Positions 55,574 through 64,000 of a stretch of 64,000 nucleotides of DNA are shown in pieces (the stretch's first letter is position 1; every line of letters starts with the position of its first letter). The position numbers were made by a program, and so were the translations under genes. The stretch lies in NCBI GenBank assembly GCA_025934955.1, contig JAICWE010000001.1, positions 1,736 through 65,735 on the forward strand, read 5' to 3'. The notes beneath the pieces were generated by a model. It was given only the letters and a program-made list of their open reading frames with translations, had not been told where the DNA came from and did not search any database. The stretch is from Gemmatimonadales bacterium (GTDB lineage Bacteria; Gemmatimonadota; Gemmatimonadetes; Gemmatimonadales; GWC2-71-9).

Positions 55574-57507
55574 CCCGGGACGTCCTCGCCTTCGAGGTAG
55601 GTGTAACCCTCGAGCCCCGCCACGAAGTCCGCGATGAAGCTGTTGGCCTCGTAGCGGGTGAGCCCCTTCGCCGCGCTCACCTTCCGGCGGAACGTCGCCA
55701 GCAGGTCGGAGGCGTGGAACTGCACGTAATTGAGCACCTCGGTGACGGTATCGCCATGCACCAGGTCGGTGATCTCGTAGCCGCCGTCGGTGAGCCGCAC
55801 GTGCACCGCGTTGGTGTCGCCGAAGAGATTGTGCAGGTCGCCCAGGATCTCCTGATACGCGCCCGTGAGGAAAATGCCGAGCACGTACGGCTCGGACGGA
55901 CGGATCGGGTGCAGCTCGAGCGACGGCTTCCCCTTGCGCCCGCCGGCGAAGCGATCGATCACGCCGTCGGAGTCGCAGGTCATGTCCTGCAGCGTGCCCC
56001 GCCGGGTGGGCGGCTCGTTGAGCCGGTGGATCGGCATGATGGGAAAGAGCTGGTCGATCGCCCAGTTGTCCGGCAGCGACTGGAACACCGAGAAGTTGCA
56101 GAAGTAGCGGTCCACCAGCGCCGCCTCGACGTGCGCCGTGATCTCGGGGAACGCCGTCTTGTCGTCGCCGATCGCCTGCTGCAGCGCATGCAGCGTCGCG
56201 AGGTAGAGCTGCTCGGCGTCGGCCTTGTCGCGCAGCGAGAAGACGCCGCTCGCGAAGTACTCCTGGGTGCGCTCCTTGGCGAACACGGCGTCGTGGAATA
56301 CCTCCTCCACCCGATCGTGGCTCAGCTGCTCCAGGTTCTCCGCCATCTCCACCAGCAGCGGGTGCGGCTCATCGCCCAGTTTGGGCGGCGCCGGCTCGAT
56401 CTGCGACTCGACGTCCACCACGTTGATCAGCAGCAGTGAGTGGTGCGCCGTGAGCGCGCGGCCCGACTCCGAGATGATGTGCGGCATCGGGAGCCCCTCG
56501 GTCCGGCAGACGGTACCGAGGGTGTACACCACGTCGTTGGCGTACTCCCGCATGGTGTAGTTCATGCTCGCCGGCCGGGTCGAACGCGAGCCGTCGTAGT
56601 CCACGCCGAGCCCGCCGCCCACGTCCACGTGGCTGAGCGTGAAGCCCATGCGGTTGAGCTCGGTGTAGTAGCGTCCCACCTCTTCCAGCGCGGCCTTGAT
56701 GTAGCGGATGTCGGTGATCTGGCTGCCCAGGTGGAAGTGCACCAGCTTGAGGATGTCCTTGCGGCCCAGCCGCTCCAGCCGGTCGAGCAGGCGCATCAGC
56801 TCCACCGCGCCGAGCCCGAACTTCGAGTTCTCCCCGCCGCTCTTGGCCCACTTCCCCGAGCCCTCGGTCGCGAGCTTGATCCGCACTCCCGCCGTCGGCA
56901 CGACGCCCATCTCGTCGGCCACCTGCAGCAGCACGTCCAGCTCGTTCGATTGCTCCAGCACCAGCATCACCGTGTGGCCCAGCTTCTGGGCCATCAGGGC
57001 GAGCCGCATGAACTCCTCGTCCTTGTAGCCGTTGCAGACGATGAGATGGTTGGTGCTCTCGTTGAGCCCGAGCACCGCCTGGAGCTCCGGCTTGCTGCCG
57101 CACTCGAGCCCGACGCCGTACGGCGTGCCGAACTCGACGATCTCCTGCACCACGTGCCGCTGCTGGTTCACCTTGATCGGGTACACCGTCGTGTAGCGGT
57201 TCTCGTAGCCGAACTCGGTGATCGCCTGCTCGAACACCGTCGCGAGCGCGCCGATGCGGCTCTTGAGGATGTCGGAGAAGCGGAGCAGGAGCGGCATGGT
57301 GACGCCCTGCGCGTGGAGGTCCGTCGCGAGGGTGAAGAGGTCGAGACCCCGCTTCGGATTCCCGTCCGGGTGCACGGTGACGTGACCCTCGGAGTTCACC
57401 CGGAAGAAGCCGGCACTCCAGCCGCTCATGGCATAGAGCTTCTCGGCGTCCTTGACCGTCCAGGCGGGTGTGGCGGGAGGCGCTGGGGAGACGGTGGCGG
57501 TGGCGAT
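55570..57507 (-). CDS. speA: Biosynthetic arginine decarboxylase (start uncertain: ATC 57507 or ATG 57582)
   Basis: YPIKVNQ, GSKPEL, HFHLGSQ, DVGGGLGVDYDG, SESGR, TCDSDG, GAYQE.LG..HNLFG. Confidence 0.94.
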   Translation of the reverse strand: MATATVSPAPPATPAWTVKDAEKLYAMSGWSAGFFRVNSEGHVTVHPDGNPKRGLDLFTLATDLHAQGVTMPLLLRFSDILKSRIGALATVFEQAITEFGYENRYTTVYPIKVNQQRHVVQEIVEFGTPYGVGLECGSKPELQAVLGLNESTNHLIVCNGYKDEEFMRLALMAQKLGHTVMLVLEQSNELDVLLQVADEMGVVPTAGVRIKLATEGSGKWAKSGGENSKFGLGAVELMRLLDRLERLGRKDILKLVHFHLGSQITDIRYIKAALEEVGRYYTELNRMGFTLSHVDVGGGLGVDYDGSRSTRPASMNYTMREYANDVVYTLGTVCRTEGLPMPHIISESGRALTAHHSLLLINVVDVESQIEPAPPKLGDEPHPLLVEMAENLEQLSHDRVEEVFHDAVFAKERTQEYFASGVFSLRDKADAEQLYLATLHALQQAIGDDKTAFPEITAHVEAALVDRYFCNFSVFQSLPDNWAIDQLFPIMPIHRLNEPPTRRGTLQDMTCDSDGVIDRFAGGRKGKPSLELHPIRPSEPYVLGIFLTGAYQEILGDLHNLFGDTNAVHVRLTDGGYEITDLVHGDTVTEVLNYVQFHASDLLATFRRKVSAAKGLTRYEANSFIADFVAGLEGYTYLEGEDVPG

Positions 57508-57757
57508 CGTCGTGCTCCGGGAAAGGGTCGTGGCGCGTATAGTAACGCCGTTGCGAACGTGGCACGAGTTGAGGTGCCGCATCGCTTGCCGTCGCGGCGC
57601 CGCCACAGCCGCCCGGTGCGCTCGAACCCAAGTGACTGGCTGCCCGAGGTTTGTAGAAGCTTGCGCGACGCACCGAACGCCTTCACCCTCGGCACGAGAG
57701 TCGCTCCCCGGCTCCGCCGCACGTCTGGCCACTACACCGCCCTGTCCGGAGGATCCG

Positions 57758-58417
57758 ATGATCGCTCCCAGTCTGATATCGGTGCGCCGCTTCGCGCCGC
57801 CCGTCCGCAACCGCGTCTCGCTCGCGCTCGCCGGCGCGTGGGAGGCGCTGGCGGAAGCCCACCGCGAACACGCCGTTCGCTTCGTCCGAACCCTGCGTGC
57901 CCGGCTCGGCGCGGAGGACGCGCTCCAGCGTTACTTCCGCGAGGTCGCCGTGCCGGCGCTGATGCAGGAGACCGTGCGCGCCCGCGCCCTGATCGACCTC
58001 GCCGCAGATACCGTGGCGGACCACGCCCCGGTGGAAGCGTTCAGCTCGCTCCGCCCCGACCACCTCGTGGAATCGCTCCGCCGGCGGGCGCAGTACATCG
58101 AGACGGTCAACCTCGCCGTGCGGCTCGCCGCCGCGGTGGCGGACGAGGCGGTCACCGCGACGCACCTCAACAACGCGCTGCACGTCACCGAGGTGCTCGA
58201 CGGCACGCTGCTGCTGGACGAAGCGCTCGCCTTCTACATCCGCGCGTTCGATCTTCCGTCGGTGCAGGCGCAGGTCGTCTTCCAGCGCGCGCTCGCGGAG
58301 CTCGCCGGCCGCCAGCTCGCGGCCGAGCTCGCCGCGGCACCGCCGGTCGACGCGCCGCGGCCGGTGCTCACCACCGCGCGTGGCGGTCCCGCCTTCGGTC
58401 TCCGCGCGATCGGCTGA
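57758..58417 (+). CDS. Hypothetical protein with tandem ~60-aa helical repeat
   Basis: GGAGG RBS before ATG 57758; two similar halves. Confidence 0.7.
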   Translation: MIAPSLISVRRFAPPVRNRVSLALAGAWEALAEAHREHAVRFVRTLRARLGAEDALQRYFREVAVPALMQETVRARALIDLAADTVADHAPVEAFSSLRPDHLVESLRRRAQYIETVNLAVRLAAAVADEAVTATHLNNALHVTEVLDGTLLLDEALAFYIRAFDLPSVQAQVVFQRALAELAGRQLAAELAAAPPVDAPRPVLTTARGGPAFGLRAIG

Positions 58418-58483
58418 ACCAGTCGCGCGAGGCGCGGCGCAGTTGCGCCGCGCCGCCCGGCGCGGGCCACAGTATCTTGAGGC

Positions 58484-59575
58484 ATGCGCTGGGCATACCG
58501 CATCGGGCGGATCGCGGGTACCGACATCAAGGTCCACGTCACCTTCCTTCTCCTGGTGGCGTGGTTCGCGTGGGTCGCCTACAACGGCGGCGGCACCGCC
58601 GCGGCCATCGTCGCCACCGGCTTCCTGCTCGCGCTGTTCGCCTGCGTGCTCCTCCACGAATTCGGCCACATCCTGATGGCGCGCCGCTTCGGCGTGCTGA
58701 CGCCCGACGTGATCCTGCTGCCGATCGGCGGCGTCGCGCGGCTCCAGCGCCTCCCTGAGGAGCCGAAGCAGGAGTTTCTGATCGCCGTGGCGGGGCCGCT
58801 CGTCACGCTGGCGCTGGCGGTCATCTTCGGCGTGGCGAGCTATCTCGCGGGCGCGGACCCACTGCCGGCGATCCGCAGCGGCATGCGCACCGGCGACAGC
58901 ATCCTGGCCCAGCTCTGCGCGCTGAACGTCTGGCTGCTGCTCTTCAACCTGATCCCTGCGTTCCCCATGGACGGCGGCCGCGTGCTCCGCTCCGCGCTCG
59001 CGAGCCGGATGCCGCTGCCGCGCGCGACCCGCTTCGCCGCCCGTATCGGACAGGCGCTCGCGTTCCTCATGGCGGTGTACGGCTTCCAGGCGCACCAGTA
59101 CCTGCTGGTGCTGATCGCGCTCTTCGTCATGCTCGGCGCCGGGAGCGAGCTGGCCTCGGTCACCGCGCGCTTTGCCGGACGCGGCGTGCAGGTGGCGCAG
59201 ATGATGGTCACCGACTTCCGCACCATCATCATCCACGCGACGCTGGCGCAGGCCGCCGAGCTGCTGCTCTCGACCGAGCAGCGCGAGTTTCCCGTGGTGG
59301 ACAACCTCGGCCGGGTCGAGGGGATGCTGACACGCGACGGACTGGTGCGCGGCCTCAGCGAGCGCGGCCCCAATGCCATCGTCGCCGAGGCGATGGTGCC
59401 GCACGCTCCTGCCGTGCCGCCGACCCTCGACTTCGAGCACGCGCTCGGCGCTCTCCGCGCCAGCGGGCTGCCCGCGCTGCCGGTGGTAGATGCATCCGGC
59501 GCCCTCGTGGGGCTCCTCACCGCCGACAACATCGCCGATCTGCTGCTGGTGAAGCGGGCGCGGGGCGAGGCGTAG
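58484..59575 (+). CDS. Site-2 protease (M50) with CBS pair
   Basis: HEFGH, NLIPAFPMDGGR, C-terminal CBS domains. Confidence 0.93.
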   Translation: MRWAYRIGRIAGTDIKVHVTFLLLVAWFAWVAYNGGGTAAAIVATGFLLALFACVLLHEFGHILMARRFGVLTPDVILLPIGGVARLQRLPEEPKQEFLIAVAGPLVTLALAVIFGVASYLAGADPLPAIRSGMRTGDSILAQLCALNVWLLLFNLIPAFPMDGGRVLRSALASRMPLPRATRFAARIGQALAFLMAVYGFQAHQYLLVLIALFVMLGAGSELASVTARFAGRGVQVAQMMVTDFRTIIIHATLAQAAELLLSTEQREFPVVDNLGRVEGMLTRDGLVRGLSERGPNAIVAEAMVPHAPAVPPTLDFEHALGALRASGLPALPVVDASGALVGLLTADNIADLLLVKRARGEA

Positions 59576-59580
59576 CGCCC

Positions 59581-60504
59581 GTGGCGCGGGTCGCGATCAC
59601 CGGCGCATCCGGATTTCTCGGCGCGGCGCTCGTCCCGGCGCTCGCGGCGCGCGGCCACCGCGTGCTTCGGCTGGTCCGCCGCGCGCCGGTGCCGGGCGAA
59701 GCGCACTGGGATCCGATGCGATCCGAGCTGGACCCGCACGTGCTCGAGGGCGTGAACGCGGTCGTACATCTGGCGGGCGAGAGCCTCGCGGCCGGGCGCT
59801 GGACCCGCGCGCGGAAGCACCGCATCCTGGACTCGCGGGTGCGCGGCACGCGGCTCCTGGCCGAGACGCTCGCGCGGATGTCGCCGCGGCCGGCGGTGCT
59901 GGTGTCGATGTCCGCCGTCGGCATCTACGGTACTCGGGGTGATGAGCTGCTGGACGAGACCAGTGCGCCGGGCGACGACTTCCTGGCGACGGTCTGCATC
60001 GAGTGGGAGCGCGCCGCCGACCCGGCGGCGGACGCCGGCATGCGAGTGGTGCACCCGCGGCTCGGCCCCGTCCTCGCGTTGCGCGGCGGCGCGCTGGAGA
60101 AGATGCTGCCGGCGTTCCGGCTCGGCGTCGCGGGACCGCTTGGCGGCGGGCGGCAATGGATGAGCTGGATTGCGTTGGACGACGCGCTCGCGGCACTCAC
60201 CGCCGCGGTCGAGTCGAACACGCTGGCCGGCCCGGTCAATGTCGTCGCGCCGAACCCGGTCACCAACGCCGAGTTCACCCGCACCCTGGCCCATCTGCTC
60301 CACCGTCCGGCGCTGCTGCCGGTTCCCGCTATCGCGCTGCGACTCGCGTTCGGCAAGCTGGCCGACGCGGCCCTGCTCGCGAGCCAGCGGGTGCGTCCCG
60401 CCGCGCTCGAGCGCGCCGGGTTTGGCTTCGCGCACCCCGAGCTCGGCGAGGCCCTTCAGGCCGCATTCACGGCCGGGTCCGCGACCGCCATCGCGACGGC
60501 ATAA
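59581..60504 (+). CDS. TIGR01777/YfcH-family NAD-dependent epimerase
   Basis: TGASGFLG, HLAGE, SRV.GT, G.QWMSWI, P.PVTN.EF. Confidence 0.9.
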   Translation: MARVAITGASGFLGAALVPALAARGHRVLRLVRRAPVPGEAHWDPMRSELDPHVLEGVNAVVHLAGESLAAGRWTRARKHRILDSRVRGTRLLAETLARMSPRPAVLVSMSAVGIYGTRGDELLDETSAPGDDFLATVCIEWERAADPAADAGMRVVHPRLGPVLALRGGALEKMLPAFRLGVAGPLGGGRQWMSWIALDDALAALTAAVESNTLAGPVNVVAPNPVTNAEFTRTLAHLLHRPALLPVPAIALRLAFGKLADAALLASQRVRPAALERAGFGFAHPELGEALQAAFTAGSATAIATA

Positions 60505-60543
60505 CGGAGTAGCGATGCCGCGTCGCCGGTCTACTTTACGGGC

Positions 60544-61254
60544 GTGAACGCGCCCGCGGTCGTCCTTCTCTCCGGTGGCATGGACTCCGCCACTACACTC
60601 GCCGTCGCCCGCCGCGACGGCTTCGCCTGTCACGCGCTGTCGTTCCGCTACGGCCAGCGCCATGCCGTGGAGCTCGACGCCGCGCGGCAGGTGGCCGCCG
60701 CGCTCGGCGCGGTGAACCACGTGGTGCTCGACGTCGACCTCCGCGCCTTCGGCGGCAGCGCGCTTACCGCCGATCACGCCGTGCCGAAGGACCGGCCGCT
60801 CGATGCCATGGGCGACGAGGTGCCGATCACCTACGTGCCCGCCCGCAACACGATCTTCCTGTCGTTTGCGCTCGCGTGGGCCGAGACGCTTGGCGCATAC
60901 GATCTGTTCATCGGGGCCAATGCGCTCGACTACTCCGGCTACCCCGACTGTCGCCCCGAATACCTCGAGGCGTTCGACCGCCTGGCGAACCTCGCGACCA
61001 AAGCCGGCGTCGAGGCGACGGCGCGCGGCAGCCGGGCGTTCCGGGTGCACGCGCCGCTGCTGCGGCTGACCAAGGCGGAAATCGTGCGCCTCGGCGGCGA
61101 GCTCGGCGTCGATTACGGGCTCACGCGGAGCTGCTACGACCCCGCGCCCGACGGTGCCGCGTGCGGCCGCTGCGATGCGTGCCGGCTTCGGCTCAAGGGC
61201 TTCCGCGAGGCCGGGCTCGCCGATCCGGCACCGTACCACGCGGGTGTCGCCTGA
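60544..61254 (+). CDS. queC: 7-cyano-7-deazaguanine synthase
   Basis: SGGMDS, YGQRH, YVPARN, YPDCR, SCY...CGRCDAC. Confidence 0.96.
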   Translation: MNAPAVVLLSGGMDSATTLAVARRDGFACHALSFRYGQRHAVELDAARQVAAALGAVNHVVLDVDLRAFGGSALTADHAVPKDRPLDAMGDEVPITYVPARNTIFLSFALAWAETLGAYDLFIGANALDYSGYPDCRPEYLEAFDRLANLATKAGVEATARGSRAFRVHAPLLRLTKAEIVRLGGELGVDYGLTRSCYDPAPDGAACGRCDACRLRLKGFREAGLADPAPYHAGVA

Positions 61255-61904
61255 TGGCGTACGCGGTGAAGGAGCTGTTCTACACGCTTCAGGGCGAGGG
61301 CGCGCAGACCGGCCGGCCGGCGGTGTTCTGCCGCTTCGCCGGCTGCAATCTGTGGACGGGACGCGAACAGGACAGGAGCGCGGCGGTCTGCAGCTTCTGC
61401 GACACCGACTTCATCGGCACCGACGGACCCGGCGGCGGCAAGTTCGCCACCGCCGACGCGCTCGCCGATGCGGTGCTCGCTGCGTGGCCCGCCGGCAAGG
61501 CCGGCCGCCCCTACGTCGTCTGCACCGGCGGCGAGCCGCTGTTGCAGCTGGATCCGCCGGCGGTGGACGCGCTGCACGCCCGCGGCTTCGAGATCGCGGT
61601 GGAAACCAACGGGACGCAGGAGCCGCCGCCGGGCCTCGACTGGATCTGCGTGAGCCCGAAGGCCGGCGCGCCGCTGGTACTCACGCGCGGCGACGAGCTC
61701 AAGCTGGTCTATCCGCAGCGCGAGGCCGAGGCGCAGCCGGCGCGCTTCGAGTCGCTCCCGTTCCGGAACTTCTTTCTGCAGCCGATGGCCGTCGCCGACC
61801 CCGAGGCGCGCGAGGCGAACACCCGTGCCGCGCTCGCGTACTGCCTGGCGCATCCGCGGTGGCGGCTCAGCCTGCAGACGCATAAGCTTCTCGGCATCCC
61901 GTAG
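61254..61904 (+). CDS. queE: 7-carboxy-7-deazaguanine synthase, radical SAM (Cx14CxxC type)
   Basis: E.FYTLQGEG, CNLWTGREQDRSAAVCSFCDT, TGGEP, QTHK. Confidence 0.95.
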   Translation: MAYAVKELFYTLQGEGAQTGRPAVFCRFAGCNLWTGREQDRSAAVCSFCDTDFIGTDGPGGGKFATADALADAVLAAWPAGKAGRPYVVCTGGEPLLQLDPPAVDALHARGFEIAVETNGTQEPPPGLDWICVSPKAGAPLVLTRGDELKLVYPQREAEAQPARFESLPFRNFFLQPMAVADPEAREANTRAALAYCLAHPRWRLSLQTHKLLGIP

Positions 61905-61911
61905 CCAACCC

Positions 61912-62529
61912 ATGCACGGTTACTCCGACCGCATCAGCCACGCACTCTCCTTCGCGGCCAAGCACCATGGCGTCCACGCTCCGGCATCGGGCGGCGTGGC
62001 GCACCTGGCGCATCCGTCCAGCGTCGCGATCATCCTCGCGCGATACGGGGTGGAGCACCTGACGATCGTCGCCGGCATCCTGCACCACGTTCTGGAGGAT
62101 GCGCCACCGCCGCGCCGGAGCGAGTTGGAGGACAAGATCGGCGAGAAGTTCGGCCCCGTGGTGCTCGCGATCGCGCGGGACGCGGCGGAGCCGAAGTACG
62201 ACGACCGTGGTGCCGAGCGCGTCTGGCGCGTCTCTAAGCGGGAATACATCACGCAATTGGCCGCGGCCGACCCACGGGCGCTCGACATCTGTGTCGCGGA
62301 CGAGCTGCATACCTGCGGCTCCACGCTGACCGCGCTCCGCCGCCTGGGCGTCGAGTATCTGCGGACCGTGTCGAGCGCGTCGTCCGCGGGAACGGTGTGG
62401 TGGTACCGCTCGCTGATCGAGATCCTGGAACGCCGGCCCGAGTGGCCGCGCCGCGACATGCTGGAGGAGCTCCGGCTCCTCAGCACCGACCTGGTGCGGA
62501 GCTTCCGGCGCAACGAAGAGGAGCTGTGA
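61912..62529 (+). CDS. HD-domain protein, Mesh1/small alarmone hydrolase-like, degenerate
   Basis: AL.FA...H, HP..VA.IL, AGILHHVLED, I...FG..V. Confidence 0.75.
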   Translation: MHGYSDRISHALSFAAKHHGVHAPASGGVAHLAHPSSVAIILARYGVEHLTIVAGILHHVLEDAPPPRRSELEDKIGEKFGPVVLAIARDAAEPKYDDRGAERVWRVSKREYITQLAAADPRALDICVADELHTCGSTLTALRRLGVEYLRTVSSASSAGTVWWYRSLIEILERRPEWPRRDMLEELRLLSTDLVRSFRRNEEEL

Positions 62530-62534
62530 CCGCG

Positions 62535-64000
62535 ATGCACTCGCGCCTGCGATGGGCCGTCCTTCTCCTCGGTGTCGTCGCGTGCGGCATCCCGCACCCT
62601 CCACCGACCAACCCGATCCGCTTCCTGTCCATCAACGACGTCTATGTGGCCGACACGCTCGCCGACGGCACCGGCGGCCTGGCGCGGGTCGCGACGGTGC
62701 GGAACCGGCTGGCGGGTGAGGGCCCGGTCCTGTTCGTCCTCGCGGGCGACGAGCTGAGCCCGAGTCTCCTGAGCAAGTACTACAGCGGCCGGCAGATGAT
62801 CGACGCGCTCAACGCCGCGAAGCTGGACTACGCGACGTTCGGCAACCACGAGTGGGAGCTGCCGCGCGACACGCTCGTCGCCCGCATCGCCGCGTCGAAG
62901 TTCAAGTGGCTGTCGGCCAACTGCGTCGAAGCGAGCGGGCAGCCCTTTCCCCAGGTGCTCGCGTGGGACACGGTGCGGGTGCGGAAGCAGAAGGTCGGCC
63001 TGTTCGGCCTCACGCTGCAGGGCGATTACCGGAAGTACGTCCACTGCGGCAATCCCGACAGCGCGGCCAAAATCGCGGTGGACACGCTGGGGAAGCTCGG
63101 CGCCGAGCTCATCGTCGGACTCACCCATCAGACGCTCGCGGCCGACCGGGCGCTGCTCGAGCACGAGCCGAAGCTCGACCTGATCCTCGGCGGCCACGAG
63201 CACGAGGCGCACGACACCACGGTCGGCGGCCGGCACGTGCTCAAGGCCGACGCCAACGCACGATCGGCGCAGTTCGTCACGCTGTGGGGCGCCCAGGGCC
63301 AATGGCGGGAAGCGCCGCGGCTGCTCCGCATGGATCCGGACGTGCCGCTCGACACGACGGTGGAGACGGTGGTCCATGGCTGGACCGACAGTCTCCGTGC
63401 GCGGCTCGGGCCGGAGAAGGTGATCGCCACGGCGGTGGATACGATGGACGCGCGCGATGCCGCGCTCCGGCGCCAGGAGATGCCGTTCGGTGATCTGATC
63501 ACCGATGCCATGCGGGTCGGCACCGGCGCCGACGTCGCGCTGCTCAATGCCGGCACCCTCCGGCTCGACGACGTCATCCGTCCCGGCCCGGTCACCAACT
63601 ACCAGATCGAGTCGGTCTTCCTCTTTGCCGACGAGGCGCGGACGGTCACCTTCCCACTCAGCGGTGCCGCGCTGCGCGAAGTGCTGGAGCACGGCGTCGC
63701 CAACGGCTCGATCGGCGCCGGGCCGTTCCTCCAGGTGTCGGGTGTCCGCTTCACCTACGATCCGGGTCGCCCGAGCGGACAGCGCATCACCGAGCTGTCC
63801 CGCACCGATGGCCGCGCCATCGTGCCGGCCGACCAGCTCACCGTCGCGTTCGACGTCTATCCGGCCTGCGAGCACGGGGACGGATACCAGGTCCCGACCG
63901 CGGCGCCCGCCTGCGCCAACCAGGCCGGCGCGCCGCGGGCCGCCGATCTCGTCATGCGCTACATCGCCGGCCCGCTCGGCGGCCGGATCACCACGCCGCC
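62535..64000 (+). CDS. 5'-nucleotidase/bifunctional metallophosphoesterase lipoprotein (runs off window)
   Basis: Manual translation: lipobox VVAC, SINDVY, AGDELSPS, GNHE, GLTH, LGGHEH, NAGTLR, LQVSG. Confidence 0.88.
   Translation, partial: MHSRLRWAVLLLGVVACGIPHPPPTNPIRFLSINDVYVADTLADGTGGLARVATVRNRLAGEGPVLFVLAGDELSPSLLSKYYSGRQMIDALNAAKLDYATFGNHEWELPRDTLVARIAASKFKWLSANCVEASGQPFPQVLAWDTVRVRKQKVGLFGLTLQGDYRKYVHCGNPDSAAKIAVDTLGKLGAELIVGLTHQTLAADRALLEHEPKLDLILGGHEHEAHDTTVGGRHVLKADANARSAQFVTLWGAQGQWREAPRLLRMDPDVPLDTTVETVVHGWTDSLRARLGPEKVIATAVDTMDARDAALRRQEMPFGDLITDAMRVGTGADVALLNAGTLRLDDVIRPGPVTNYQIESVFLFADEARTVTFPLSGAALREVLEHGVANGSIGAGPFLQVSGVRFTYDPGRPSGQRITELSRTDGRAIVPADQLTVAFDVYPACEHGDGYQVPTAAPACANQAGAPRAADLVMRYIAGPLGGRITTP

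Noticed and set aside
60505-60543. preQ1 riboswitch before queC (also checked before queF, 52106-52153)
   Set aside because: No stem plus A-rich 3' tail signature is visible, and the spacers are short and GC-rich.
61254-61904. Atypical Cx14CxxC radical SAM motif as a novelty
   Set aside because: This is a known QueE subtype (Burkholderia-type).

Overview
This is a very GC-rich (roughly 70% by eye), densely coding bacterial chromosomal segment. Gene content and style suggest Gemmatimonadota (inference). I saw no rRNA, tRNA, CRISPR, IS or prophage. Main blocks in order: soxY-soxZ-MBL hydrolase; a four-gene operon resembling a complete bacterial sphingolipid pathway (spt, bCerS-like GNAT, CerR-like SDR, AUR1-like PAP2); a lipid-anchored cupredoxin; an ECF sigma/anti-sigma pair; alternative complex III actABCDEF; trmJ and pilT; dinB; a Hanks kinase next to a kinase-less paralog of its sensor domain; a porin; ilvD; the leuA-ilvBNC-leuCDB operon divergent from gltB; acyl-CoA dehydrogenase, queF, gltA, speA, queCE and a 5'-nucleotidase. 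The most notable hidden signals lie in intergenic DNA that the ORF track does not resolve. There is a classic Leu/Val/Ile leader-peptide attenuator for the leu-ilv operon, and back-to-back with it an apparently undescribed leader-peptide/terminator/antiterminator unit in front of gltB. A third candidate attenuator (Arg/His-rich leader) precedes the porin, and speA probably starts at a non-canonical ATC codon.
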